A DNA stretch of 64,000 nt, taken from NCBI RefSeq assembly GCF_009914755.1, contig NC_060935.1; one strand, 5' to 3'. Under the pieces are notes generated by a model, which ran no database searches, had not been told where the DNA came from, and was given only the letters and a program-made list of their open reading frames with translations. The position numbers and the translations under genes were made by a program. Source of the DNA: the human T2T-CHM13v2.0 reference genome, Homo sapiens. Below are positions 13,271-26,349 of the stretch, piece after piece (positions within the stretch are counted from its first letter, which is position 1; each line of letters opens with the position of its first letter).

Positions 13271-14138
13271 GATATTCAGTTCTATATCAATAAATCTGAG
13301 CTGAAATTACTTCACCAAAAGAATTCTGATTCTAATTTATACGGACCTAAAATCTAGCTTTGCTCAAAGACTATATCTGACTCAGTTTCTTTATTTGTCC
13401 ATGGCTTACACAATAAAATTCAGGTAATGAAAGAATATAACCTCTTTTTCCAATGAGAAACTTGTGGGAACTTCTACAGAAAAAACAAACTCTCTTGTAA
13501 TCAAGGCCTCTCACCAGGTTCCACCAGCCATTTTTCATGCCGTTAATTCTCTGCTCAATTTCATTTGGAGGAAAGGAGTTTTACAACAAAAGCTCACTGC
13601 AGAAATTAAAACTCAAACTGGTTGCCCCCTGTTCATTTGCCACACAATATAGGTTTCTGGTGACATTCAGCTAATTAATTTTCTTCATGATTAACTACCC
13701 GTTATACATGGCCATTATAATGGAAACACATTCAGCCTGTGCCGCACCCCTTACAAGCAAGGTGGTTGTGTAAAGGCTCATTAATATAAGTGAGCTGGGG
13801 CAGTCTTCTTTTATGAAGTCAGAGTAAAGTGGAGTTTGAAAAATATTGCTCAGAATCAAACAAATTGCTGAAACAAAAAACATGCTCTGCTGAACTGTAA
13901 CATCATTTTTTTTTTAGGGTAGAAGGAAAAGTTACACAAAATTAGACAGTGAATGCAATATAGGCATTCTTTATTTTTATTCCTCCAGATGCACTGGAGG
14001 GATGGCAAAAGAAAAGAAGTTAAAACAACTGTCCAATTATTATTATTTTAAAATTAACACCCACTTGAATTTGTTTAACTTGTCAGAAGCCTCTGTAGAG
14101 TTTACACTGTGGAAAGCCTTTCACCATTGCTTAATCTG

Positions 14139-14156
14139 TAGTGACATCTGGTGGCC
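14139..14156 (-). promoter_or_regulatory. Candidate CTCF binding motif (GGCCACCAGATGTCACTA)
   Basis: Close match to the CTCF core CCASYAGRKGGCRSY, in non-repeat sequence; binding itself is not demonstrable from sequence. Confidence 0.55.
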
Positions 14157-14859
14157 TGAATTACTCAAGTAGCTGGAATAAACACTTCATTATACATGTC
14201 TTTAAAGACTCCCTAGTGGATACATGTCCTTATTTGGCCACCATTAAAGATGCATTAATTTTTTCTTGGATTCTAATTTTGTGTGCATGTGACATGGGAG
14301 AGAATGAAGGTATAGCAAAACTAATATATGAAGACTACAGTAATGACTTACTTTCGTATTAAAATAAAAACAACTTTAAGATTCTTTTCCATTTTCAAAA
14401 TTATTTTGTTTTACACATTATATTGAACTACATTATTAAATGCACTAAATCAGTAAAATATTTAATACCTATTAATCATCAAGGACTGTGAATACTCTAC
14501 CTCTTCGAATTATGATTAATTCACTCAACAAATATTTTGTTGAACATGTAAGCTACATTATCAAAAAATCTACCTGTAAATAAATTTGATTACTCTTATT
14601 TTAATCAGTAGAGACATAAGTACGTGATCTCAGTAGATTTCCTAGCATGCCAGTAAGTATTTTAACAGTCCCAAGCACATTTTTATCTTTTGCAGCCACT
14701 AACACGTCAAATATATTTTTTGAGTATTTGGCAATTATTCAAATATATTTGCCAATTGAATGACTACTGGTAGTATTGTATATTTCCTATAAATTAGTTG
14801 ATTATTAATAGAATAATGAGGCAATATATTTTTCTACCATTCCCATTATCATTAAATTG

Positions 14860-15670
14860 ATACCCTTTCAGTCTGGTTAAACAAATCAAGAACCTGGGAC
14901 ATACCTTTGATTCTTCTTTTTCCCACACTCTTAAATGCAATCCATTAATAATTTGTTACTTTTACTTCCTGAATAGATTTCAGACCTCTTGAAATATCTT
15001 CATTCATCATAAGTCTAGTGCCAGTTCCCATTATCTCTCAACAGGACTACCTTCAGGGCTAATTTCCTCATATTTATGTTCATCCTTTCTCCAAACTCCT
15101 CCACATTGCAGCTAGAGTAATCTTCGAAACAAAACCACGTTAGGTCAATTTCCTTATTAAAGCCCTCCACTGGCTTCCCATTGCTCTTCATAAAAGATAA
15201 AACTCTTGACTGATGCATGGTCTTATTCAATCATACACCTTCAGCCTCAATTCACACAAGGGCCTTTAACTCTGTAAATACATCATGACTTTCCAAACCC
15301 CACAACCTTTGCACATGCTGTTTCTTCTTCTTGAAGTACTTTTTTCATCTCTCTTTACCTAAAAAACAATCTTACTCATTTTTCATACATATGTTTGCAA
15401 GTTACTTCATATAAACCTCTCCATGTCCAAGTTGACCTCTCCATGTGCATTTAAATTCCCCAAATGTATCAAGATGTACCTTTTTTCCTATTTACCAAAG
15501 TTGTAATCTCATATTTTTTGTAGAATTTGATTAATATATTCTTCCTCTCCTAGACCGTAACCCTCATAGGAAACAGAAATCTGTCTGTCTTAATAATCCT
15601 TGTATCCTTAGCACCAAAATCAGGAACTGACATATGCACTGCAGTTGCTCATGAAATATAGGCTAAAATA
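14860..15670 (+). mobile_element. L2 LINE, long 3' portion
   Basis: aagaacctgggac...ctccacattgcagctagagtaatct...ccactggcttcccattgc...cctttgcacatgctgttt...tgtatccttagcacc. Confidence 0.8.
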
Positions 15671-15714
15671 ATAAAATATATATAGAGAGAGATAGATATA
15701 CATATATATAATTA

Positions 15715-15962
15715 ATAGGCTGGGTGTTGGAGTTGAACATGCTTGAGTTCAAATGTTGGCACTGCTGTTTTTTTAGTTCTATGAAACATGACACATTACT
15801 CCTCACCTGCAATTAGGTTTAATAATATTTACCTCAAAGGGCTGTAGTGAAGATAAAACTAAATAATGGATTTGTGAATGCAAAGTCTTTGGCAATGATA
15901 GTTACATGATAAGTGGCAATTAGTATTATTATTAGTAGTAGTAGTAGCAGTAGTTGTAGTAT
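15715..15962 (+). mobile_element. MIR with a (TAG)n-like tail
   Basis: cttgagttcaaatgttggcactg...acctcaaagggctgtagtgaagataaa...tagtagtagtagtagcagtag. Confidence 0.7.
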
Positions 15963-16486
15963 TGATGCATATCTAAAGAAAAATGCCTCAAATTATAGGG
16001 TATGGGCACTCTCAACTGCCTTTGTGATTTTGTAGGGCTTGTCAGCAGGGCCTTAGAGAAGTTTATCTGAGAAACTCTACACCTCACAGCAATCTTTTCT
16101 TAGGAGATGGAAAGCATGGAAGAAAGGTGGTAGAGCAACAAGAGTAGTAGCCAGAAATTCTACCTGAGAAGTAGAGTATAATAATAGGGAGGTGCAAGAA
16201 GCAGGTGAATTATCATTTTACACACACACATATATTCATGTATGTACTCATCTTTAACTAACCATGACAGCTTTAGGAGACATTGCTCTAGAAAAAGTAT
16301 TTGTCAAAGAAGAATGGATGCTGCTCTTGCAAGGCTGAAGGCTTCAGATTACTGAAAACCATGGAAGAAGACCTCAGAGGTAAGAGATTCCCAAACTAGA
16401 GACAGGTGATAAAGGAGCAAGTTACACTTTCAGGTTTCAAACATTAGGTTGGGAACTTGGGCCAGGGAATCTCTACCTGCATCCTT

Positions 16487-16590
16487 ATGTGTGTGTGTGT
16501 GTGTATGTGTGTCTGTGCATGTGAGCATGTATGTGCATATATATATATATGTCTGTTTTAATAATCATTTTGTGTATATATATATATGCA
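16487..16590. repeat. (TG)n/(TA)n microsatellite
   Basis: Directly visible. Confidence 0.85.
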
Positions 16591-17229
16591 AAAGTACATT
16601 ACAAATTATTCAGATTTAGATGTTTCCTTTGAGATTGTCTGTTTTTCTTGTTTTTTTGTATTCTGTGATTAAAAAACATTGTTTAAAGATATATATATTG
16701 GACTATTTAGAAAAACATAGTAACAATATGAAAGGGTTAGATCTACTGTACATGCTTTAAAGGTATAAGAGTATAAGAACCACAATAAATTGTGATAGAT
16801 ATATTTATGCTTGACTCTATATTCTTCTTTCCACACTTCATTTTGGGATTTGTCCTGGTTGTTCAAAGGTATATTATAAAAGCAAAAATGGAAAAAAGCC
16901 TGGCCACCCACAAAGATAAACCAGGGGAGAGAGAGTATTTAAATTAAATACTAATTTAAAAATCAATTACTGTGGTTTTTAGTTGAGAGGGCACAAAAAA
17001 AAAACCACATGTCTAAACCCCAACTTTTACCAATGGAAATAGAGTCTCTAGGGTATAAAGCTAGGGTGACTCCACTTTGAAGAAGTTCCTCAGTAATTTT
17101 AATGAGCATCTTTGTTTGAGAACGTAGAAGTAAAGGCCAGAAGAATTGAGTCTAGTGGGAATTATTTTCCTACCAGTTTCTTTGGTGCTTTTCAAATACG
17201 TTATGGCTTTTTTTATTTCTACATATTTT

Positions 17230-17520
17230 ATTCTTGATGTTCCCTCAGTAGCCATTCTATTTTCCTCTCACCAGGGCTTTAAAACATCCTTTTTCTGTAA
17301 AGATTTCCTACATTCTTTAATCAGAATGAATCCTCACCTTTCTCTGTGGCTTTTGTCTTTTGATATCATTACAGCAATCATTCTACTCTGCCTCACAATT
17401 CTTATTAGTGTATCATTTGATTGTATGCTCATGTCAGGTATATCTCACCAGACCTCTGGCACAGGGCTTTGAGCACACAAAGTGCTCAATTAATGCTTTT
17501 TTTAAAAGAATGAATAAATA
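17230..17520 (+). mobile_element. L2 3' end
   Basis: tggcacagggctttgagcacacaaagtgctcaattaatgct...gaatgaataaat. Confidence 0.6.
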
Positions 17521-17597
17521 TTTTCCATTTTCAAATTTATATTTAATGAAGTATAGCATATGAAGTATAACATAACATATATAACATATACTGTCTA

Positions 17598-17805
17598 GAT
17601 GTTGGACTCTAGATTTAGAATGACAGGAGGCTTATACCAGTTTGGCCATCTATTAAACACCTCAGTGCCTCAGTTTTCTTATGTGGAAAATAAAGACTAT
17701 AGTATCTCTAACTCAAAGGGCTGTTAGAAATACTAAACGTTAACATATTTAAGATGCTTAGATGGGCACTTGGCATGTAGAAAGCATTCAGCCAATGTTG
17801 GCTAT
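17598..17805 (+). mobile_element. MIR
   Basis: ctcagtgcctcagttttcttatgtggaaaat...cttggcatgtagaaagcattca. Confidence 0.75.
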
Positions 17806-18224
17806 GTCGATTGGATCACCAATCTGCAGAGACATTGCTCTGCTCTCTGTCATGATCAAAACAACTGGAGAGTACTTACAGTGTCTCTTCTTTTTCTCAG
17901 TATATATTACATTATAATAAAGTAAAATCTCAAATTGATATGATCTCTTCTTAAGGAATGTAAGTGCTTGCTAGAGATACATTAACCTTAAACTCAGGCG
18001 GCATTATCTACTTAATATTTATTAAACACCTAATGTGGAATATATAGCATACAAAAGACATGGAGAGAGCATGAATTTGGAAGAGACCCACCTAATGTTT
18101 TCCTCTGGCCATTGGCATTTTAATCAAGCATTTCAACAGGCAGTCCAGGGCTGATATTCTGAAACCACACAGCTTCTGTGAATAACAGCAGTCTCTCACA
18201 TGTCCCATCTAAAGTAATTTGAGA

Positions 18225-18425
18225 GGAGGCTAAATGTAGTAAGAAAGCCTGAGTTGCATGGAAATGTACCTGAGTTTGAGATCAAGATCTAAAGTTGACT
18301 TTATAACTTTGAACAAGTTATTTAACCACCCTGAGGCGCTAGTTATTTCACCTTTAAAACTGAGATTACAATATTCAAATGGCAGGGATAGTGCATAGTG
18401 GATAGTAAAAGCCATTGTTATTATT
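18225..18425 (+). mobile_element. MIR
   Basis: actttgaacaagttatttaaccaccctgag...cacctttaaaactgagat. Confidence 0.65.
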
Positions 18426-19559
18426 TTTCAGTCAATTAATATGTTTTTGAAATACTATGCTTATAATTCCAGTGTTCTGGGAACTCATCTTAGGTTATCA
18501 GAATTAATTTAATGTTTGCATGGGGAATTAAAGTTGCTCAGAACCACAAAATCTCATATTGGTCATAGAAATGGTTGGCAGCTACACAAAAACCAACTTC
18601 AAAGCCCTTTGCATTAATAGCAGAGTCTGGTTATGGGGTGAGGCTGACGTAGCTCCCATCCATAATAAATGACCTGCAGGGCAAAGAAGAATAATCATCC
18701 TTGCAGTCACTGGCTTTGTAATGTGCCTCACCTTTCTGCTTGAGAGATTTCTTTGCCAATGCATATTTAGAGGAGTGAGAACTGAAAAGAAGATGAAAGC
18801 ACATCAAACATTTATCTCAAGAGTTTCATTTTCTAAGAAATAGCAGGTGTGTCATACGATTTCTCAGAGGGGCAAACACTCCTCTAAAGCCTCTCTGGTA
18901 CTCACGGAGATGGATGGCATGGAGTATGTAGCGTGGGATGAATAGCTGAAGATAAATATTCTATTTAGAGAAAATGGGGCCAGGTAGTCCATTTCTCACT
19001 GACTAAAAGTCTCAGAAACAGTTAAATTATTGTGAACAAAACAAAAGAGAAAAATCCTATAGCAGGCAGTATTAAAAATGACGTAAACTCAAGCTACAAT
19101 ATCTTTAAATCACGCTACTGAAAATCAAGCAACAATTGCCTCCATCTGAGACTTGTATCTTCTCTCTCCTGGGTGCCTCCACCCCACCACTGATACAAGC
19201 ACATCCATACATTCATAAAAATGGAAAACACTTAAGCACGCTGCTGCTGCTGTCACTATTTTTTAATATTTATTTTTGCTATTAAATATGCTCAGTACCC
19301 ACATACATAAAAAGAATAACGCATTTAAAATGTCTCCAGTATAAAGTGTTTTTAATTATTTTGTAACAAATAAAGCATCCTTCCATATATGTAGAGCAAT
19401 GGTTGTCAAATGTATTTTATCTGTGGATTTCCTTCAAATAATAATTTTAATAGGCAATGTTTTCTGTACACTTATCTACTAACTAAATGTCATTCTAATT
19501 TCTTTCCAGGAACTAAATTATCTCACCCTCAGATTTTTATGAGATGAGACTATCAGCTG

Positions 19560-19710
19560 CTTTTAAAAAAATTATAAATGAAGAAACTGAGGCTGTGAGA
19601 GATGAAATGTCCTAGAGTTAAATAGCTAGTAAGCACTGAAGCTAAGACTTGAACCCAGACCCCAAACAGTCTATTTCTAGAAACTTTACTCCTAACACTA
19701 CCTGGCCTAA
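19560..19710 (-). mobile_element. MIR
   Basis: aaatgaagaaactgaggctgtgagagatg...agctagtaag...cttgaacccag. Confidence 0.75.
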
Positions 19711-20403
19711 AAAAGGTAAAAGCAGAGAGGTGCTGATCAATTTATTTATTCAACACATGATTATTTAGTTACTACTATGAATTATGCTGGTGTTTTTATT
19801 AGAAGTAGAGCAATGTGTACAACCTTGTTCTTCTGAGGCTTGCATTACTGTAAAAAAACAGACAATGAAACTAGCAAGAAATGGTCAAAGAAAGAAATGC
19901 ATAGTAATTGTGATAATCAACTCTGAATTCTTATTTCAGACGTGTATTTTCTATACCCCAGTGATTCCTAATACAATATATATATAGTTCTATGATTCAC
20001 CAAGTTTAGTCCCCAAATGTTAGAATCATTTATAACTCAAATGCAACAAAAAATTTTGTCAGCTCTATAATTATTGAAATTACAACTTCAATACAAATGG
20101 AAAATTTGTATTTTCAATCGGATGCTTTCTCAGTGCCTCTATAACACAATTCTAAAACAGGCCACAGCCACGTCTCACCTAGATCATTCTCTAATCTCCC
20201 ACTGCCCTTCATGCCTTCCCTCTTTCCCTCTTCTCACATTTCTTTCTGTATTTAATGGGACACAGAGTTCTGCTTAGTCTACCTTCTGAATCACAGTCAA
20301 TCTGCATTTTCCTTGTTTTTGCCCTAATTCAAGTCCACATCTTCGACTCTGTCAGAGCTAAGTCAAGGACTGTGGATCACTGCGAAGCTTAAGTGTTACT
20401 ATA

Positions 20404-20481
20404 TTAGATTGGTAAGAAAGTAATTGTGGTTTTTGCCATTAAACGAGTGGGAAAGCTGCAATTACTTTTGCACCAACCTAT
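20404..20481. mobile_element. MADE1 mariner MITE (about 80 bp, palindromic)
   Basis: ttagattggtaagaaagtaattgtggtttttgccatt...gcaattacttttgcaccaaccta with TA flanks. Confidence 0.92.
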
Positions 20482-21269
20482 TATAAATTTTCCAGAAATA
20501 TATGTGCAGGTAAAACACTGAAGTTTTCATAGATACAACTACCACCAAGTGGGAATAAGGAAAAAACATATATTTAAATGGTCTTCTAACTTGAAAAGGT
20601 AGGAACCACTGACTTAGACCTCTTGACTAATGGCCCTCAGTTCTTGTTTGACCCTTTTTACATCCATTGCATATTTTCTTCACTCACAACACTGTTCTCT
20701 TTCAAGTGCAGAGACCTGATAAAGTCACTAGTGTGCTAAAACATTGATGTCTTTCTATTTTTTAAGGTAAAACATCATAACTCCTTAGCCTGTTGCAGTA
20801 AGTGCTTTGGGATCCTTTTTTTAACACCATGCTCTCATTCTTGCACCCTTCCTAAGTTCATTATTATATCTGTAAATTTGCTGCTCATTAAATATAAAAT
20901 TAAATCTTCATAAGGTTTTAGTTCATGATTTAGCTCTAATATTTTTGTAATTTTTAAAATCTTTTTGACAAAATATTTCAAGACCCAGCTCAACTACTAT
21001 AATACTTATATGAAGACTTCCTCATGCCTTCTAGACAGATTAATTATTCTATCAGATATGCCTCTATAGTACATAGTAAGTGCTAACAAAATTAGATATA
21101 TAATTGTTTCCTCCCGATAGAAAAATCTAAGAGAAGGAACTTTGAAAATTGAAAGTATCTCTGGACTCTAGCATATATTCTGATGCTTAATTGGAATGTA
21201 AATATTTGGTATGTAAATAATACCTATACTTATGTTACTCAAATTCAGACTGATAAAGTATGCAAACTA

Positions 21270-22072
21270 TGTACTTTCAAATATCATCCCCTTTTCAATT
21301 CTTGCTTACAAATTTTGAAAGCAAGTATATTAATATTTATTAATATTAATGCCTTAACAACTCTTGATTCATATTCATTCTTAATTAGGGTAAATAGCCT
21401 CCTATTTGTTCATCTTGCCTTAGGCTTACCCTTCCCCCTTTCAGTCTCTACTTTATAGCCAAGAGCTATTCCAAAATCAAAAGTCTAATTATGTTCTTCC
21501 CTTGCTTAAATCTCTGTAACGACTGTGTGTGTCCATGATAAAGTTCAAATTCTTTGCCATGGCTTGCCAGATCTTTCCATTCTAGCCCCTACAAATCTCT
21601 TCAGTCCTATCTCTCTGCATTCTCAACTCAATCTAACTAAAACCCCTAAAATGTCATTTTGCACTCTACACCTGTCATCACTTGTTTTAGTTTCCTTTTT
21701 AGCATAGACCTTTTTGAATGTTGCTTATTCTATACCTCTTTTGTAAATATCCCCTATCATCTCCTTTCAGTTCTTTGGTGTCCTTTCAGGTTAGGGATTG
21801 GCTTAAATGTCAACTAGCCCTATATGCCTTTCTTCACCAACTCTACACTCTTTCCTCCTGCAACACAAGGTTGCTATCTTTCCTCTGGCTGCCACCACTG
21901 GTTTTGCTCCTATCATAGCACTCTCCCGGGTTCACTTTTATCTCCTATTTAACTGTGTGCATATTTCACCAAACTTCAGAATCTTTAAGTTCTTAAATAA
22001 TCCAATTTATCATAGTGTCTCCAGAACCTGGCATAGCAGGTATTAAGTAAATAGTTGTTGAGTGAATGAATG
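21270..22072 (+). mobile_element. L2 LINE, long 3' portion
   Basis: aatagcctcctat...cccttgcttaaatctct...aaagttcaaattctttgccatggc...cctggcatagcaggtatt...gagtgaatgaatg. Confidence 0.85.
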
Positions 22073-22709
22073 TAAATTATTGTTCAGACTGTAGATTCAT
22101 CCAGAATATTAAGATCAATGTGAAATCTTAGAAAATATAAATCTCAAGCTGGTTCCATGTATTCTAAGTGAGAAAGAGTCTTAAGTCAAAGATGATTCTG
22201 AGGATTTGACTGGAAGAAAGGGGTTTAACTCAGAGAAAAAGGAATATTCATGGTGAATCAGACCTTAGGAAACCAATCTGGCTTAATAAGTCCTAATCAT
22301 TTTAGAGTGAAAACCTGATACCCCCCAGATAAGCCAAGTAAGAATGTGTTGGCTTTCTTTATTACAAAGGAAAGAAGACAGATTTGCAAAGGCGGAAACA
22401 AAGATTACATGCAACCTGAATTGAGCATATGAACTTAAACAAGTCATTCCCCCTCTTTTGTCCTGTTTCAGCCACAAAATAAGGGAGAAAGTTGAATTTT
22501 TCTCCAGGGTTTCTGATGACTGAATTTTGTTTAATGAGTAAGAAAACAGTCCTCATCTGCTATTATCTACTATTCAAAATCCCCTTCAAGGTTTGTCATT
22601 TTCCCTTCTGAGGCATTCTCTACAAAACCAAAATTTTGGTTTATAAAATCAAAACAAGTAATCATATCACTGATTATTTATAAATTCTAACAACACACCT
22701 ACATCTCTT

Positions 22710-23135
22710 TGATGCTCCAGCTTAGGCATGGACCTACATCTGATCGATCAGATAATTTGTCTTCTCCCCATCAGATTAGTCCATGACTCAGGCCAGGCCA
22801 ATGAGCATCAGCTTAGGACTTTGGCCAGGTTGATTAGAAAATAGATGTTTTCTTCCCACTAGTCATGCCAGGCTGGTAGAATATAAGCTTCAAAGCGTAG
22901 GTCTGTGCAAATGATAAGAGCCAATCTGTAAAGAAAGATAATACAAAGGAGAGCAGCGCAGGGAGAGAGGAGGAGAATAAGGTCTACTCCTGATACTACT
23001 GCTTGAGTCCCTGGGTTTAGTCAAGTGCTGGTGCTATACTGTGGTTGTGCAGTTTTCAGTTATTGTGAGTTAGCTTACTCTCATCTTAATAGCCCTATTA
23101 TATTAAATTTAGGTTTTTAGGTGAATCTCTTAACA
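22710..23135 (+). mobile_element. Ancient ERVL-class LTR (LTR67B-like)
   Basis: catgactcaggccaggccaatgag...ctggtagaatataagc...tcctgatactactgcttgagtccctgg...ttttcagttattgtgag. Confidence 0.55.
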
Positions 23136-23574
23136 TCTGTGTGAGGTTACCATGTAACAATGGAAAAAAATGCCACTTCTTTCAAGGTTGTTAAAATAAT
23201 GTATGAGACATTGAATAGCATAATATGTTGATGTAAACCAAGCTTTCTAAAATGCTACCTTTCTTTCCTTTCTTGTCTGAATATATATAATTTTGGTGGT
23301 TCTATTATCCTTTCCATGGTAAGTCAAATTACTGTCTACATTATCAAATAAGTAAATTTCCAGGACAAAATATGTGGTTACAGTGTAGGATGAAAAGTTT
23401 ATTTATGTGAATGAAGAAAGGTTTCACAAACTGGAGATGTGCTTGGGTTCTACAATCCTCTAATCCTGACGGTCTGTTGCTGAATGCTCTTTATATATAC
23501 TATCATATTTAATCTTCAGAATTATCCTATGGAGGTCTTCTATTATGGCTGTTTTTACATGATAAAACTACATT

Positions 23575-23871
23575 AGTTTCCTTACCTTTTCCAGCTTTTA
23601 GATCCTGCTGGCATTCCTTGGTCTCATGGTTCTACATCAACCTGACTTCTGCTTCTGTCATTTCTCTGACGCTGAAGACTCTTGCCTACCACTTATAAGG
23701 AATGTTCTGATTACATTGGGACCACTCAGATAATCCAGGATAATCATCCCGTCTTAAGACCCTTAATTCAATCACATCTGCAATGTCCCTTTTGGCATGT
23801 AAGGCAACACATTCCCAGGTTCCAGGGATTAGTATGTGGACATCTTGGATAGGAGGCATTGCTGACATACT
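23575..23871 (-). mobile_element. MLT1D-like MaLR LTR (5' part)
   Basis: gattacattggg...gataatccaggataatc...aatcacatctgcaatgtcccttttggcatgtaagg...ggattagtatgtggacatct. Confidence 0.85.
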
Positions 23872-24534
23872 ATATAAGTCAATCCTTACAGAAATTAAAG
23901 GGCATATTCAAAGCTACACAGACGGTTACTGTGAAGGCTTGGTTTCAATTTCATTGAGGACTGTTTGATTCCAAAGTGCACATTCTTATCTACCATCTCT
24001 GTGATATGGAGACACTGCTTTATGGCATACTCCCTGACGCTATAAAAATATAGAAAACAATGTGGATTTACTCTATTGTCAGTCTCAGAAATAGTTTGTT
24101 TGGTCCTGCCTGAAGCCTTTTTCTCAGTCATAAGCTGCAGCAAAGTGAATCTGTTGCGTGGAAAAGTGCATCTGTGTGCTTCCTCCAGGCAGTTGCAAGA
24201 CATTTGTGTCCTTATGATTTGCATTGTATACAAATCTTGGTCTCCAGTTAGTTTCCTGTTGGCAAAATAACTTTGCTATATACATCATTCTTATCTTAAA
24301 TGTTTATGAATATCAGTCAGTCAACAAGCATGTATCGAGCGCCTAAAAAAGCACTTCATATAAATCAATGTGTTATAACTCAATAAGATAATCACTCAAA
24401 TGTCACCAATGAAAGTACCATTCCTCAGATGAAAATTTTCAGAAATGTACAGATTGTGAAAGTCCAAAAGACAGAGTTACTCCATGGCCAAATTATCCTT
24501 AAGGAACTGCAACGTTAAAAGAGCCTGCGATGAC

Positions 24535-24670
24535 TCTGTCTCTATCTTTCTATCTATCTATCTATCTATCTATCCATCCATCCATCAATCAATCAATCAT
24601 CTATCTACTTACCTACCTACCTATCCATCCATCCCCCAATACACACACACTCACACACACACGTGTGTGT
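24535..24670. repeat. Compound STR (TCTA)n(TCCA)n(TCAA)n(CCTA)n(CA)n(TG)n
   Basis: Directly visible. Confidence 0.9.
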
Positions 24671-24924
24671 CCATGTGTAAAATATTTTCAGTGAATCAGG
24701 AGTTTAGTTTTTTTTTTTAATTTTTATATAGAACACCCAGCAGAGTGATATGACCACAGTCAGTAAATAATTCAAAAAATATTTGCCAAAATAGCACCTA
24801 TTATAAGTTGGACTCCAAAGTACAAAAATGCTCTCTAACATTGAAGACGTCACAGTCTTGAACAGAGACCAAAATGCTGAATTACATTATTGAAGGTATT
24901 CTTACTTAACGGCTCTTTTACACA

Positions 24925-25205
24925 GTATCCAATATGACTAGAATGTTCTCTCCAACCTCTTTTTCTAGTTAACTCATATCAACGGTTCAGGTGTCACCTT
25001 CTTTGAATTACTCTATTTTTAATACAATGTAGATGTCCTATTTACATGATTCCAGTGCACTCAGTACTTCCCTCTATAGTGACACAAATGACCAAATTAT
25101 CTTGCTATTGATTTGTGTTTTCTACTCTACAAGGACCTGCATGAAGTCAAAACTATGTCTTACCTACTGTTTCCCAGTCCCCAACCTGGAGGCCAGCTCA
25201 TATTA
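24925..25205 (+). mobile_element. L2 fragment
   Basis: gactagaatgttctctcc...ctagttaactcatatc...caggtgtcaccttcttt. Confidence 0.55.
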
Positions 25206-26349
25206 AAGAGAAAGTGCTATGGGAGCTAGAAGATAAAAGGTCTAATACTGAGTAGAGGCATTTGAAAAATGAGTTTTCTGCAGTGATGCAACTTTCAATG
25301 CAAGTACTACTCAGAACTATATTCCTGCTTCCCCTAAGTTGTAAAAGCTCCTCTCTGTTACTGAGATTAGTTCAGAATGAGGAAATCAATGTTTTCCTTA
25401 AATGGAAGCATATAGATTGTATGTGTAATTCTTCATGGGTAGTAGTGAAAAGTGAAAAGAGAAGTTAAGCTTTTGAAATCAGCAAGACTCTATTGTATGT
25501 GGAAAATATCACTGGCAGCTGCATGGCAGCCCTCACTCTTTATGGATTTGGATTTGGAGAGCCAAGGGAATCCACATAGGTAAGCTCCATCTATTCCAGT
25601 TCTGGGTGTCTAAATGCACTTCTAATAAGATATTCTCTATCCCTGATTAAAGAAATTAAGACTTTACTATAACTGCCTTGTAGAGTGTGTGTATGTGTGT
25701 GTGCACACGCATGCAAGTGCAGGTGTGTGTCTGGTGAGGGGGAGAGAAGAGGCACTGTTTGGTCTCTATCTGCCGAATTTGGAATGATGCAGAAAGTCAG
25801 GGGAAGTTTTACAAAGGAAATAACATTTGAACAAGAAATTCTTTAGAAGGCTAGAATTTTGCCTAGTGTGGGACTAGCTATAAGAGCCTTTGAGGTGAAA
25901 GGAAAATGTATAAAACCACGGTGAGCTTGGGAAAAAGGAGACAAAAAATGTCTAGAGCATAAAATGAAATTGGAGCTGGTAGGTGGAGAATAGGAAGGTA
26001 AGTTTGGAGAGGTACGTTGGCTTTTGACATTGAATGGCCTTGAATGCCAGTTTCAAAAGTAAATATCAGCAGGAAATGGCATAAAATCAGTTTTAATGGA
26101 ATAATTATTTAATATATTAATGAGTAGTATCATTTAGGGGTGAATGTTGTTTTGTGGGTTCTTCATGCCCCTTTAGGTCTAGCTACTTCATCTTTGTCAG
26201 AATACAGTCTTTGCAATTTTCTACGCCGAAATATTCATGAGAAACTTCACAATAATGTAAAATTATTCAGGAATCAGTTAAAGAGCTACCTCATTCATGA
26301 CACGAGTCCAAATTCTCACTCGTTAAATCTTCACTAGTCATCTATTTCA

